A stretch of DNA of 64,000 nucleotides from Candidatus Woesebacteria bacterium. GTDB lineage: Bacteria > Patescibacteriota > Microgenomatia > UBA1400 > UBA12028. Shown piece by piece: positions 50,320 through 60,142 of the stretch; position 1 is the first letter of the stretch; every line of letters starts with the position of its first letter. Location: NCBI GenBank assembly GCA_040006915.1, contig JBDTWD010000006.1:1897-65896 (forward strand), read 5' to 3'. Below the pieces are notes generated by a model that saw only the letters and a program-made list of their open reading frames with translations, had not been told where the DNA came from and made no database searches. A program made the translations under genes and the position numbers.

Positions 50320-50592
50320 CTCCCCGACTAGGACTCGAACCTAGAACCTTTTCGTTACAAGTGCCCTCTCATTACTGTGAGGCTTGGACTATCTCATATT
50401 CCTTTACAGGAACCCAGGTATATAGTCTCTACACATTTACCACATATTTTTTATGATACGTGGATTTAGCTCGGGATTGACCTCTCTTTTAGGAGAGGCG
50501 TCTTCCGAATTAGCCTGGTTTTTCAATCCGTATTACTACGGAAAGCTGCCGTTATTCAACAGCGAATTGCTCTACCATTGAGCTATCGGGGA
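50320..50592 (-). tRNA. tRNA-Asn(GUU), intron-containing (exons 50559-50592 and 50320-50357)
   Basis: TCCCCGA/TCGGGGA acceptor stem with G73, D arm GCTC/GAGC, T arm GGTTCGAGTCC; spliced loop CTGTTAA; no encoded CCA. Confidence 0.93.
50358..50558 (-). ncRNA. Group I intron (201 nt) in the anticodon
   Basis: P1 GCUGU/GCAGC with U.G at the splice site, P3 CCAGG/CCUGG, P7 elements AGAGACUA and GAUAGUCC, terminal omega-G. Confidence 0.88.
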
Positions 50593-50644
50593 TTGTGAAA
50601 GAACAAAGGTGATTGTACCAAAGGTTTTCTTGAGAAGAAAGAGC

Positions 50645-50890
50645 TTAAGTTCTGGAGATCACAATCTCGTCTCCATCGTCCTGATATGGGAGTGGACACT
50701 CATTTTGTGTCAGATTGAGATTAATACAATGATTTACACATCCAGGAGTACTCTTCAATAAATCGCAGACCTGAATCTCTGCTCCATCTCCAACGATCAA
50801 ATCAGGAAAACCAAAAACTGCCCAAGTACCAAGCCCGGTAATAATGGTGGTCTTTCGCCGATGATCGCATTTTGCTTCTTGCTCAGGCAT
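50645..50890 (-). CDS. Hypothetical Cys-containing protein
   Basis: Open frame with TATAGT five nt before ATG. Confidence 0.45.
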   Translation of the reverse strand: MPEQEAKCDHRRKTTIITGLGTWAVFGFPDLIVGDGAEIQVCDLLKSTPGCVNHCINLNLTQNECPLPYQDDGDEIVISRT

Positions 50891-50935
50891 GGAACCACTA
50901 TAGGTTTAAGAACGATTCCTTGTCAAGAGAGATGC

Positions 50936-51016
50936 CTAGAATAGTTTTCCAATAATCCAGAAAATGAACAAAAGTCCGAGTGGGACACCGAGAATCCAGA
51001 GTACAATATATTTCAT
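50936..51016 (-). CDS. 26-aa hydrophobic small protein MKYIVLWILGVPLGLLFIFWIIGKLF
   Basis: SD AAAGGA; LW.LGVP single-TM pattern. Confidence 0.65.
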   Translation of the reverse strand: MKYIVLWILGVPLGLLFIFWIIGKLF

Positions 51017-51095
51017 ATTTTCCTTTCTCTCTGTATAGATAAGGTAAGTGTAAGCCGCAGTAGTAAGAAGTCCGTAAGAGGAATAGAAACTTTTT

Positions 51096-52265
51096 ATGTG
51101 GAATCCCATCCCGACTATCATTCCTCCAGGACTGCTTCAAAAACTGAAGAAAGAACAGGACGAACTGCGTGCGCAGATCATTCTCTCCAAGCCACCCTAT
51201 CCAATTCACATCATTTCTGGCTGTGACAGTGCGTTGATCGGTGATGATATTTTTTCCGTCTTTGTCACCTTCTCCTATCCAGACTTAAAAGAACTCGAAA
51301 TAGTCACCAAACGCTCTCCTCTCCCACTTCCTTATATCCCTGGGTTTTTAGCCTTCCGGGAGATTCCCAATCTTCTCTTGGCATATACCAAGCTCAAAAC
51401 CAAACCAGACCTCATCATGGTCGACGGCCAAGGGATCATGCACCCTAGACGTATGGGTATTGCAACTCATCTGGGGATTAAGCTTCAGGTTCCAACCATA
51501 GGCGTCGGTAAAAGCAAACTATTTGGAACATATAGTGAACCTGACCTTGCGCCAGGCTCTTTCACTTCTGTCACCCATAAAGAAGAAGTCTTAGGAATTG
51601 CGTTGCGCTCTAAACTGCGCAGTAACCCCCTGTTTATCTCTCCCGGATACTTATGTGACATCGAAACTGCGAAAAATCTCGTCCTCGCTACCTTACGTGG
51701 ATATCGCCTGCCCGAACCCACACGGCTTGCGGACAAGTATTCTAAAATCTTAAAACCCGCCCAGTCTCTAGAAGAAAAAGCACGTACAATGAATCAAATG
51801 ATCAAACCGAATACTCCAGCACCAGACTTCTCCCTTCCCGATCAGGATGACACTATTCGAACACTATCTGACTATAAAGGGAAATGGCTCGTAGTCTATT
51901 TTTATCCGAAGGATGATACGCCCGGATGCACCAAGGAGGCCTGTTCGTTTCGCGACAATTCACACAAACTGTTAAAGCGCGAGGTGGCTGTCGTCGGAGT
52001 CTCGAAAGACAGTGTCAAATCTCATAAAAAATTTGTTGATAAATATTCCCTTCCCTTTACGTTGCTTTCTGATCCAGAAAAAGTGATGATCCACGCCTAT
52101 GGAGCTTGGGGCACAAAGAAATTTATGGGACGAGAATATGATGGCATTTTGCGTACGACTTTTTTAATTGATCCCACAGGCATCGTCAAAAAAGTGTACG
52201 AGAACGTAAAACCCGATGAGCATGCGATCGCTATCCTTCAAGATATTGAAGCTCTTTCCGTGTAG
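51096..52265 (+). CDS. nfi: Endonuclease V fused in frame to peroxiredoxin BCP
   Basis: GCDS, PYIPGFLAFRE, VDGQG..HPR..GIA.H, PEPTR; then YFYPKDDTPGCTKEACSFRD. Confidence 0.9.
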   Translation: MWNPIPTIIPPGLLQKLKKEQDELRAQIILSKPPYPIHIISGCDSALIGDDIFSVFVTFSYPDLKELEIVTKRSPLPLPYIPGFLAFREIPNLLLAYTKLKTKPDLIMVDGQGIMHPRRMGIATHLGIKLQVPTIGVGKSKLFGTYSEPDLAPGSFTSVTHKEEVLGIALRSKLRSNPLFISPGYLCDIETAKNLVLATLRGYRLPEPTRLADKYSKILKPAQSLEEKARTMNQMIKPNTPAPDFSLPDQDDTIRTLSDYKGKWLVVYFYPKDDTPGCTKEACSFRDNSHKLLKREVAVVGVSKDSVKSHKKFVDKYSLPFTLLSDPEKVMIHAYGAWGTKKFMGREYDGILRTTFLIDPTGIVKKVYENVKPDEHAIAILQDIEALSV

Positions 52266-52281
52266 AATAACTCCTATCGGT

Positions 52282-55200
52282 ATGAAAAATGTACGAGCAG
52301 CATTGACTTGGATCGATCACAATCTTCTTCTCTTGTGTTGTTTTTTTCTGTTGGCTTTTATCCCCCTGTATCCCAAGATTCCCTTGTTTGATGCGCTGCC
52401 TGGGTACATTGTCAAAGTTAGAGTAGAAGACTTCCTGGTTGTCTTTACCGGCCTTGTATGGCTGATCGGAGTAATTCGTAAACGCATCGAATGGAACATT
52501 AGCTATTTCTGGTTTGTGGCCCTCTACGCAATTGCCGGACTACTCTCCATTGCTCTGGGTGCTACCCTTTTAAATACGATCCCCGTGCAACTGCTCCATA
52601 TTGGCAAAAGTGGTCTCACTTGGGCTCGATACTTAGAATACTTTTCACTACTTTTCTTCTTCTTTTCTGCCATCAAAACCAAACGTCATATCGCCATCAC
52701 TATCATAATTTGCATGCTCACTCTTCTGGGTGTCGTCGGTTATGGTATCGGACAAAAATACGCACACTTTCCCGTATACTCCACGATGAATCGCGAATAC
52801 AGCAAGGGAGAGAAATTGTATTTGCAGGCAGGCGCCAAACCTCAATCAACCTTTGCTGGCCACTACGATCTCGCTGCATATCTAGTCATCATCTTACCGA
52901 TTCTTTTCTCTTTAGCATTAGGAAAAATGCGCCAGAAATTTACTGTGAAGAATTGGGGTATCGCCATTGTCATCATGGGAGTACACCTTACTGGCCTCTT
53001 CATGTTGGTACTGACTGCTTCTGCTACAGCTTTAGGCGGATATGGGATTGCGATGATTATAGTGGCACTGTTTCATCTCTGGCGTCTTCCGACCCTCAAA
53101 ACCAGACTTGCCTGGGGAGCTATTGCTCTTCTGCTAGCATTTATCGGACTGGCTGGTGTCTGGTTTATCGCTCCAGCAACCACCAAAGAGAAAGCCGTAG
53201 GACTACTGTTTGGAAAATCATCATCTGATATCCCAACTGACTTACTCGGTGACGGGTATGAGGACAAGCGCGTCGGCACTGCACAGCCAGATGGGACGAT
53301 CAAATATACGATTGTGCGTCAAAAAAGTACCTGGTCAGCCAACGCCTTAAAGTATGGGATCTCCATGGGAATCCGACTTGATACTTTATGGCCGCAAGCA
53401 CTCTTAGGGCTAGCTCGCAGTCCTTTAAGTGGGAGTGGCTATGGAACTCTAGCAATGCTTGATACTCAAGGATTTACAGAAGCAGATAGTACAGACAATA
53501 ATTTCTTGCGGACTTTAGGAGAGACAGGACTGGTTGGCTTCATTCTCTTCTATGGCATTATTTTTTCAGTCGCTCTAGCGACTTTTAAAGCCGGAAAGAA
53601 ATCACAAGATGAAACAACGAGCGGGTTGTCCATTGGATTATTTGGGGCGGTAATTGGCCTTTGTATCACTGCAATTTATTTAGATGTTTTTGCTGCATCC
53701 AAAGTTGCTTTTACGTTTTGGGCACTCACTGGCGTAGTATTACGCGCAATCTATATTCAGTATCCTGCCGTACTCATAGCTCCTGTGCAAAAATTCCGAA
53801 CCCATTTCTTCCGTCATTGGCCACTCTATGTAATCATCGTTTTGGCATTTTTCTTGCTACATCAAAATCCATTCTTACAACACACACCTACCAAAGATAT
53901 TGAGAACATGACAGCAGGTCTACAAAACCTCACCGCTGCTAAATGTCTTAATTCCGTTGGCAGTTTAAGTCTGTGTCGCAACTCAGGATTGGTATCTGCC
54001 TCACATCTTTCGTTCTACGCACTACTCCTCTCACTACTCTTACGACTCACCCCAGTATACGGAGTCTTTGCATATCTGAATCTGATGCTGATTGTGCTTT
54101 CTCTCATTGTTACATATCTATTGATACGTAAACGCGTCTCCAGACAAAGCACGATCGTAATTTTACTGTTTGGAGTTGGCTCTACGAGTCTGCATCAGTT
54201 GACTCAATCACCACTTCCTGAACTTTCATTCTGGCTACTGGTATTGTATCCATTGCTTGCCTTGGGACTCACTTTTGTCCTCAAATATAAACCGCTTCGA
54301 ATCATCGTAAGCATATTCAGTATCCTTTTGATTGTAATGGCCTTTGTGCACACTGATTTCTTACTTCGATTTCAAAACCGTGTTCCTAACTTTGCAACCG
54401 AGTCTATCCAAGTTGCCAATAACTCAATTGCCAAATCTATAGCCAAACCTGCGTATTTAATGAGTAGCTTAAATCCATACTTTGCGGATTTATATACACT
54501 ACCCAATTACACACTTTTGCCACTCTCAAGCCACCAACAGTATGCCGATCATCCGAGAAACATCTGGGAACAAACCAAGTCACCAAATGAACTAGTTGAA
54601 ACCAGCAATCTATTCGTCAGTGACTACCAAGCTCAAACAGGACAGCCCTACAATGCTGATTTTGAAACTGTGAAAAAAGCTTTTGATACTCACTATGTGA
54701 GACTAGGATGCAATGAACTCTGTAATATTTATAAGCTGACCAGTCCAAAACCCATCGTATCAGCTGACCCATTGGCTGTTTTTACCAACACCAGAATGGC
54801 AGTGCAAAAACTACCGACGACCTATCAATTTGCAGTGGTACCAAATGATTTTGACCCCAATCTACAGGACTCAACTATTTTCTATACCACAGCAACGTTT
54901 ACGAAGCGTCTGCTACCACTCCAAAACCAAAAAGAAAATTTCATGGTCCTCACTGGTGATGCGGTTCATAAACCGGAGAAAGTGCACGCAAACTTTACAC
55001 AGGCTTTTGCTTTCGCTACCGATTTTCCGATTTTATACGCACAAGGAAACGAAAAACTCCAACCCATTAAATATTTTGACGGAGAATTCCAAAGTTTCTT
55101 TACCCCGACAGAATACTTTATCCTTCTTGATATCCAACCCGACTCTCATATCGGTGACGACGAAAAGCTTCGCTTGTATGATGCCTTTTTACAGATTGAG

Positions 55201-55509
55201 AAACTGCCAAACATTCAATCAGTGTTCATCATTTCTCATGACTTAAACTGGCAGAATACCAGTGATCCAGAGAATGCGATGCATGCCATTGAAAAGAAAT
55301 TGGCAGCCTTCCCAAATCTTCACACTTATATCCTGACTGCAAACCATAGGAACAATTTAATGAAAGCGGAAAGCTGGTATGAAACCAAGACCAGTAGAAA
55401 CGTAACGTATGCAGCAGCCTTAACGGCTGGCAATACACGAGACGTATCATTCCAGGTACAAGTGAATCCTAGAAACGTTGAGATTAATCCACTTCAATTG
55501 GGAGAATGA
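52282..55509 (+). CDS. O-antigen ligase-like membrane protein with C-terminal metallophosphoesterase-like domain
   Basis: STFAGHYDLAAYL, GSGYG, DNNFLRTLGETG; C-terminal LTGD, GNE, ISHD. Confidence 0.75.
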   Translation: MKNVRAALTWIDHNLLLLCCFFLLAFIPLYPKIPLFDALPGYIVKVRVEDFLVVFTGLVWLIGVIRKRIEWNISYFWFVALYAIAGLLSIALGATLLNTIPVQLLHIGKSGLTWARYLEYFSLLFFFFSAIKTKRHIAITIIICMLTLLGVVGYGIGQKYAHFPVYSTMNREYSKGEKLYLQAGAKPQSTFAGHYDLAAYLVIILPILFSLALGKMRQKFTVKNWGIAIVIMGVHLTGLFMLVLTASATALGGYGIAMIIVALFHLWRLPTLKTRLAWGAIALLLAFIGLAGVWFIAPATTKEKAVGLLFGKSSSDIPTDLLGDGYEDKRVGTAQPDGTIKYTIVRQKSTWSANALKYGISMGIRLDTLWPQALLGLARSPLSGSGYGTLAMLDTQGFTEADSTDNNFLRTLGETGLVGFILFYGIIFSVALATFKAGKKSQDETTSGLSIGLFGAVIGLCITAIYLDVFAASKVAFTFWALTGVVLRAIYIQYPAVLIAPVQKFRTHFFRHWPLYVIIVLAFFLLHQNPFLQHTPTKDIENMTAGLQNLTAAKCLNSVGSLSLCRNSGLVSASHLSFYALLLSLLLRLTPVYGVFAYLNLMLIVLSLIVTYLLIRKRVSRQSTIVILLFGVGSTSLHQLTQSPLPELSFWLLVLYPLLALGLTFVLKYKPLRIIVSIFSILLIVMAFVHTDFLLRFQNRVPNFATESIQVANNSIAKSIAKPAYLMSSLNPYFADLYTLPNYTLLPLSSHQQYADHPRNIWEQTKSPNELVETSNLFVSDYQAQTGQPYNADFETVKKAFDTHYVRLGCNELCNIYKLTSPKPIVSADPLAVFTNTRMAVQKLPTTYQFAVVPNDFDPNLQDSTIFYTTATFTKRLLPLQNQKENFMVLTGDAVHKPEKVHANFTQAFAFATDFPILYAQGNEKLQPIKYFDGEFQSFFTPTEYFILLDIQPDSHIGDDEKLRLYDAFLQIEKLPNIQSVFIISHDLNWQNTSDPENAMHAIEKKLAAFPNLHTYILTANHRNNLMKAESWYETKTSRNVTYAAALTAGNTRDVSFQVQVNPRNVEINPLQLGE

Positions 55510-55515
55510 TTTTTT

Positions 55516-56760
55516 TTAAGCGACGAAAGTTAAAGCCTTACCGACCTTACCAGCGCGACCAGTTCGGCCAATGCGATGGATATAGTCTTCGTAGGAGTTT
55601 GGTTCGTCATAATTGATCACGTGAGTGACATCATTGATATCCAAACCACGGGCAGCAACGTCGGTCGCTAACAGCGCTTTGACGCGTCCCCGTTTGAAGT
55701 CTTCGAGTGATCGTTGACGAGCCCCTTGGGTTTTGTTCCCGTGGATACTCGTGACCCGGAGGCCGCGATCAAGCAAGATCTCTTCTAGTTTGGAAATCCC
55801 ATGTTTGGTACGACCGAACACAATGGCTCGTTCGCAATCCTGTGAGAGTAACAACTGAGTCAAGACATCAATTTTGTTTCCACCTGGTGGAACCCGGATG
55901 ACGTCTTGATCAATATGTTCATTTGTTTCAGTGACTTTAACACTGATACGGACAGGATCTTGGAGGAAGGTACGCATAATCTCTTCCACGTCTTTGGTGA
56001 TTGTGGCACTAAAGCACAGTGAATGTCGTTCCTTTGGGAGTAACGAGATCAAGTACTGAATATCTTTACGGAATCCAATATCAAGCATACGGTCCACTTC
56101 ATCAAGAACGATGGTGGTGAACAGCTCAGGTTTTAATGAGCGACGTTCAATCAGATCTTTTAATCGACCTGGGGTACCGATAACGATATGTGGGTTTCGT
56201 GAGAGCGATTGCATTTGGGCAGAGACACTTAAGCCTCCGACACATAACACCATTCCCACTGGAAGACCACGGGACAGAGAGCGGCATTCTTCTTCGACTT
56301 GGACCGCAAGTTCCCGGGTAGGAACCACGATCAGAGCCCCCTCTTGGGGATTGTTCGCAATACGATGCAAGATCGGAAGCAAGAATGCAGCTGTCTTTCC
56401 AGTACCGGTGTTCGCCAGTCCGACGACGTCTTTTCCAAGCATTGCTGCTGGAATCGCTTGGTCTTGGATTGGAGTCGGCTCAGTGTATCCATGCTTGGTG
56501 ATGTTTGACATCAGTTGGGCATGAAGGTTGAAATCAGCAAACGTGTTCGTAATAGGGGTAGGTGCTACCTCTGGACGTTCAGTTGCGTGATTGACATACA
56601 ATGACGGATGAATGTATTTGGGTCGAGGTCCACCTTGTGAGCGGGGTCCGCGACTACCAAACGAAGATCTTCCTCCTGAGGACGGGCGACTATTATAGCC
56701 TCCACCATAAGAAGGACGACTGGAATATCCACGGGATTGTGGACGAGCGTTATATGACAT
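55516..56760 (-). CDS. DEAD-box RNA helicase
   Basis: PTPIQ, TGTGKT, PTREL, TPGR, DEVD, SAT, HRIGRTGR. Confidence 0.96.
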   Translation of the reverse strand: MSYNARPQSRGYSSRPSYGGGYNSRPSSGGRSSFGSRGPRSQGGPRPKYIHPSLYVNHATERPEVAPTPITNTFADFNLHAQLMSNITKHGYTEPTPIQDQAIPAAMLGKDVVGLANTGTGKTAAFLLPILHRIANNPQEGALIVVPTRELAVQVEEECRSLSRGLPVGMVLCVGGLSVSAQMQSLSRNPHIVIGTPGRLKDLIERRSLKPELFTTIVLDEVDRMLDIGFRKDIQYLISLLPKERHSLCFSATITKDVEEIMRTFLQDPVRISVKVTETNEHIDQDVIRVPPGGNKIDVLTQLLLSQDCERAIVFGRTKHGISKLEEILLDRGLRVTSIHGNKTQGARQRSLEDFKRGRVKALLATDVAARGLDINDVTHVINYDEPNSYEDYIHRIGRTGRAGKVGKALTFVA

Positions 56761-56958
56761 ACATTTCCTCTATTCTTTCGAGGAAAATGACGCCATATAG
56801 GGCTCAAAATCCTCAGACCATCTCAGAGTTACTGAATGGAAAAAATAATACTACCTTAGGGAGAGAATCACATTGGCGTCTGTCTTTTTGACTGACGACT
56901 TCACTACCGAAGAGCTACAGTATAGCACGTATATCCTATAACACAAGGAGCGGCCCTC

Positions 56959-57195
56959 CTAATGAGCCAAAACCCAATTAATGACTTCCCTTGCTAAGCT
57001 TGGAGTAATGAGTCTTTCGGAATCTGTAAAATCTCGCGTTTTCCCGTTCTCGTCAAGTAAAGCCAGGAAATCAGCAGCCTTCCTTCGTGCCGAAAGATCG
57101 TTAAAAGCGAGCTCAACCTTCCCTTCTTCCCTTTGGAAAGCGTCGATTGGGCCTAACAGTCTCAAGTCATTCACTTCAGGATTTAAGAGAGACAT
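56959..57195 (-). CDS. Hypothetical protein
   Basis: SD AAAGGA; 78 aa. Confidence 0.55.
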   Translation of the reverse strand: MSLLNPEVNDLRLLGPIDAFQREEGKVELAFNDLSARRKAADFLALLDENGKTRDFTDSERLITPSLAREVINWVLAH

Positions 57196-57256
57196 AGATT
57201 CCTTTCTCTAATTTTATCCACAATAGACCTTTTAAAGGCAAAAACAAGGTGAATTC

Positions 57257-57287
57257 AAAAAGGGCCAGAGATTGCTCTCTAGCCCTT
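57257..57287 (-). terminator. Intrinsic terminator after pnp
   Basis: AGGGCTAGAGA-GCAA-TCTCTGGCCCT-TTTT. Confidence 0.8.
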
Positions 57288-57312
57288 GAGGTTTTTAAGT
57301 TACGCGCAAGCT

Positions 57313-59622
57313 TTAAAAGTCTCGCTGTCCACGGTATCCACCGTTACCACCGCGATCTCGTTCGCCATTGCCGAAGTCATGAGATCCACCGCCCCGTGAA
57401 GGGCCACGTCCTCCACCCCCCTGTGGCCTCCCACCCCGATCACCGCCTCTAAATCCGCCTCCTTGTGGTCGACCTCCTCTATCTCCGCCTTCTCGTGGTC
57501 CACCCCCCTGTGAGGCTTTGGCAGCTTCTTGCTCTTTGGTCAACATGGTGAGGTTGTAGCGACCTTGATCATCAACTTCAGTTAATCGTACGTGAACACT
57601 GTCACCTAAATGAGCAACATCGTTGGCATCAGCAATATAGTCTGGTCCCATTCTCGAGACATGGACTAACCCTTCACGTCCTGGCAAGAATTCAACGAAT
57701 ACGCCAAAGCTTTCGACTCTGGTAATGATTCCATCAAATTCTTCTCCTGGATCAACTGATCGCATCATGCCAGCAATCCATGAACGAGCTGCTTCAATCT
57801 TCTCGGCATCATCAGATGAGATATTTACGATTCCAACGTTGCGTTCTTCATCTTCGTCTACATCGACTTGAGCCCCCGTGGTCGCAATGATATTTTTGAT
57901 CACTTTGCCACCTGGTCCAATCAATTCACCTATACGCTCTTGTGGGATCTCCAATTGCACAATCTTTGGTGCATATTTCGAGAGTTCTTTACGTGGTTCA
58001 GGGATCGCGGCAAGCATCTTGTCCAAGATGAAGAGTCGGGCCTCACGAGCTTGTTTTAAAGCCTTATGCATGACTTCCATTGGGATACCTTTGATCTTGA
58101 TATCCATTTGCATCGCAGTCACCCCTTCGGTCGTTCCTGCAACTTTAAAGTCCATGTCTCCGACATGATCTTCTAACCCTTGGATATCAGACAAAATAGC
58201 GTACTTGCCTTTCCCATCGCTCATCAGACCCATAGCAATTCCTGCTACTGGTCGTTTGATTGGGACACCTGCAGCCATCAGTGACATGGTACTGCCACAG
58301 ACCGATGCTTGTGAGGTACTTCCATTACTACTCATAATTTCTGACACCACCTGGATGGTGTATGGGAAATCTTTTTGTGATGGGATCATTGGCAAAAGCG
58401 CTCGTTCTGCCAAGGCTCCATGTCCGACTTCTCGGCGCTTTGGGGCACCGAATCGACCCGTTTCACCTGATGCATACGGAGGCATGTTGTAGTGATGTAT
58501 GTAGTGGCGTTCCTCTTCACCTTCTGCATCTTCAATCAGTTGTCCCATTGATGGGGCACCTAACGTGGTGATGGTTAAAGCTTGAGTGGCACCGCGCTTG
58601 AACATGGCACTTCCATGGACACGTGGGAGCAAGTCAACTTCACAAGTAATGGGACGAATTTCAGTCAGCTTTCGATCATCAGGACGAATATCGTCTTCCA
58701 AGATCATGCGTCGACCTTCTTCTTTCATTAAGTTGTAGAAAGCGTGTTTGACATCAGCCTCGCGCTCTACAAAGTCTGGTTGCTCAATTAAAATCTTGGC
58801 AATCACTTCTTCCAATCCAGTTGGCTTTAAGTTTGCTTCTAGTTTCACCATTTTGATGAGTTCATCATGATGAGAAACACGGAAAGCATCTTGGAGCTCA
58901 GTTTGTTCTGGCTCTGGGATGAATTCAAATTTCTTTTTGCCGATATCTTTGACCATTTCTCCAATTTCGTTTGCCATCGTGGAGAGTTGGGCTTGTCCTT
59001 CATCAAAGGCTCGCAACATAATTTCTTCACTGACTTCATTGGCTCCAGCTTCAACCATTACAATCGCTTCAGCGTTTCCACAGAGGATCAAATCCATCTG
59101 ACTTTTGGCGCGGTCTTCATGAGTTGGATTGAAAACGAATGAATCAGTCTCACTCATGTATCCAATACGCAGACCAGCAACTGGTCCATCGAATGGAACG
59201 GTAGAGATTGATGCAGCAGCACAGGAAGCGACGAGCGCCACCATATCAGCATCATTTTGCATATCAACTGACAATACAGTGGCAATACATTGCACTTCAT
59301 TGGTCAGTCCTTCAGCAAACATTGGTCGCAAAGTACGATCAATGACACGACCTTTGAGAATCATTTCATCAGTTGGTCTACCATCTCGTTTGACCCAACG
59401 ACTACCTTTAATACGTCCACCCGCATACAGTTTTTCTGCATACTCAACGGACAACGGAAAATACCCTAAGCTGGCTGGTTTTCCTAACGCAAAGGTAACG
59501 TGCACGACAGTCTCACCACAAGTGGCAAGAATCGCAGCATCGACTTGTTCGGAAAATCGTCCGACTTCGAGGGTTATGGTTTTATCACCGACATGAATGT
59601 CTTTGGTGTAGAACTTTGACAT
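57313..59622 (-). CDS. pnp: Polyribonucleotide nucleotidyltransferase (PNPase)
   Basis: RREVGHGALAE, SNGSTS, DMDFKVAGT, KH (IGPGGK) and S1 domains; start trimmed to MSKFY. Confidence 0.97.
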   Translation of the reverse strand: MSKFYTKDIHVGDKTITLEVGRFSEQVDAAILATCGETVVHVTFALGKPASLGYFPLSVEYAEKLYAGGRIKGSRWVKRDGRPTDEMILKGRVIDRTLRPMFAEGLTNEVQCIATVLSVDMQNDADMVALVASCAAASISTVPFDGPVAGLRIGYMSETDSFVFNPTHEDRAKSQMDLILCGNAEAIVMVEAGANEVSEEIMLRAFDEGQAQLSTMANEIGEMVKDIGKKKFEFIPEPEQTELQDAFRVSHHDELIKMVKLEANLKPTGLEEVIAKILIEQPDFVEREADVKHAFYNLMKEEGRRMILEDDIRPDDRKLTEIRPITCEVDLLPRVHGSAMFKRGATQALTITTLGAPSMGQLIEDAEGEEERHYIHHYNMPPYASGETGRFGAPKRREVGHGALAERALLPMIPSQKDFPYTIQVVSEIMSSNGSTSQASVCGSTMSLMAAGVPIKRPVAGIAMGLMSDGKGKYAILSDIQGLEDHVGDMDFKVAGTTEGVTAMQMDIKIKGIPMEVMHKALKQAREARLFILDKMLAAIPEPRKELSKYAPKIVQLEIPQERIGELIGPGGKVIKNIIATTGAQVDVDEDEERNVGIVNISSDDAEKIEAARSWIAGMMRSVDPGEEFDGIITRVESFGVFVEFLPGREGLVHVSRMGPDYIADANDVAHLGDSVHVRLTEVDDQGRYNLTMLTKEQEAAKASQGGGPREGGDRGGRPQGGGFRGGDRGGRPQGGGGRGPSRGGGSHDFGNGERDRGGNGGYRGQRDF

Positions 59623-59779
59623 ATACGTGTATATTGCAGTCTGACTAAATCCCAGACTGTTCCTTATATAAATAATGTATAAAACAAAACAATGTGTTTT
59701 TTGGAAGAGAATGAAGAGTTCAATCGTACACGTCACTTTGGACGTACATGAGCGAAATCTTTATTCCCTTGTAAACACT

Positions 59780-60052
59780 TTAAATTCTCTTTCCGTTTCT
59801 CAGCAGATACATACTCGCAGCATTTCCAATATGCCCGGTTTCTTCAATTTCAACTTCGTAGTCCTTAACGGGATATCTCCCATCCGCCAATGCTCGTAGA
59901 GTCAAATTCCCTTTATTCCCTGCCGGAACTATTATTGGAATCGCTCTTTCTCCATTTGTCGGAATGTAGTGAATTTTGAAACGATCTTTCTCTCTTCCTC
60001 CTGAATGTTTTAATATTTCAACTGACTCAATCTGATGTACTTTTAATGCCAT
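59780..60052 (-). CDS. Hypothetical protein
   Basis: Open frame co-oriented with neighbours. Confidence 0.55.
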   Translation of the reverse strand: MALKVHQIESVEILKHSGGREKDRFKIHYIPTNGERAIPIIVPAGNKGNLTLRALADGRYPVKDYEVEIEETGHIGNAASMYLLRNGKRI

Positions 60053-60142
60053 ATATAAAAATATATCACAAACACTTTACGACCTTCCTATGTGAGACCC
60101 AGATTCTTTGCTCTACCTGACCGCTTCAGTTATAGTATTTTT

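Noticed and set aside
50553-50563. Intron 5' splice site after U33
   Set aside because: An alternative P1 pairing exists, but the 3' exon lacks GTT after a terminal G, so only the 35/36 site restores the anticodon loop.
57320-57515. GC-rich repeats at the pnp 3' end
   Set aside because: They encode a Gly/Arg low-complexity tail (GGDRGGRPQGGG twice), not a DNA repeat element.
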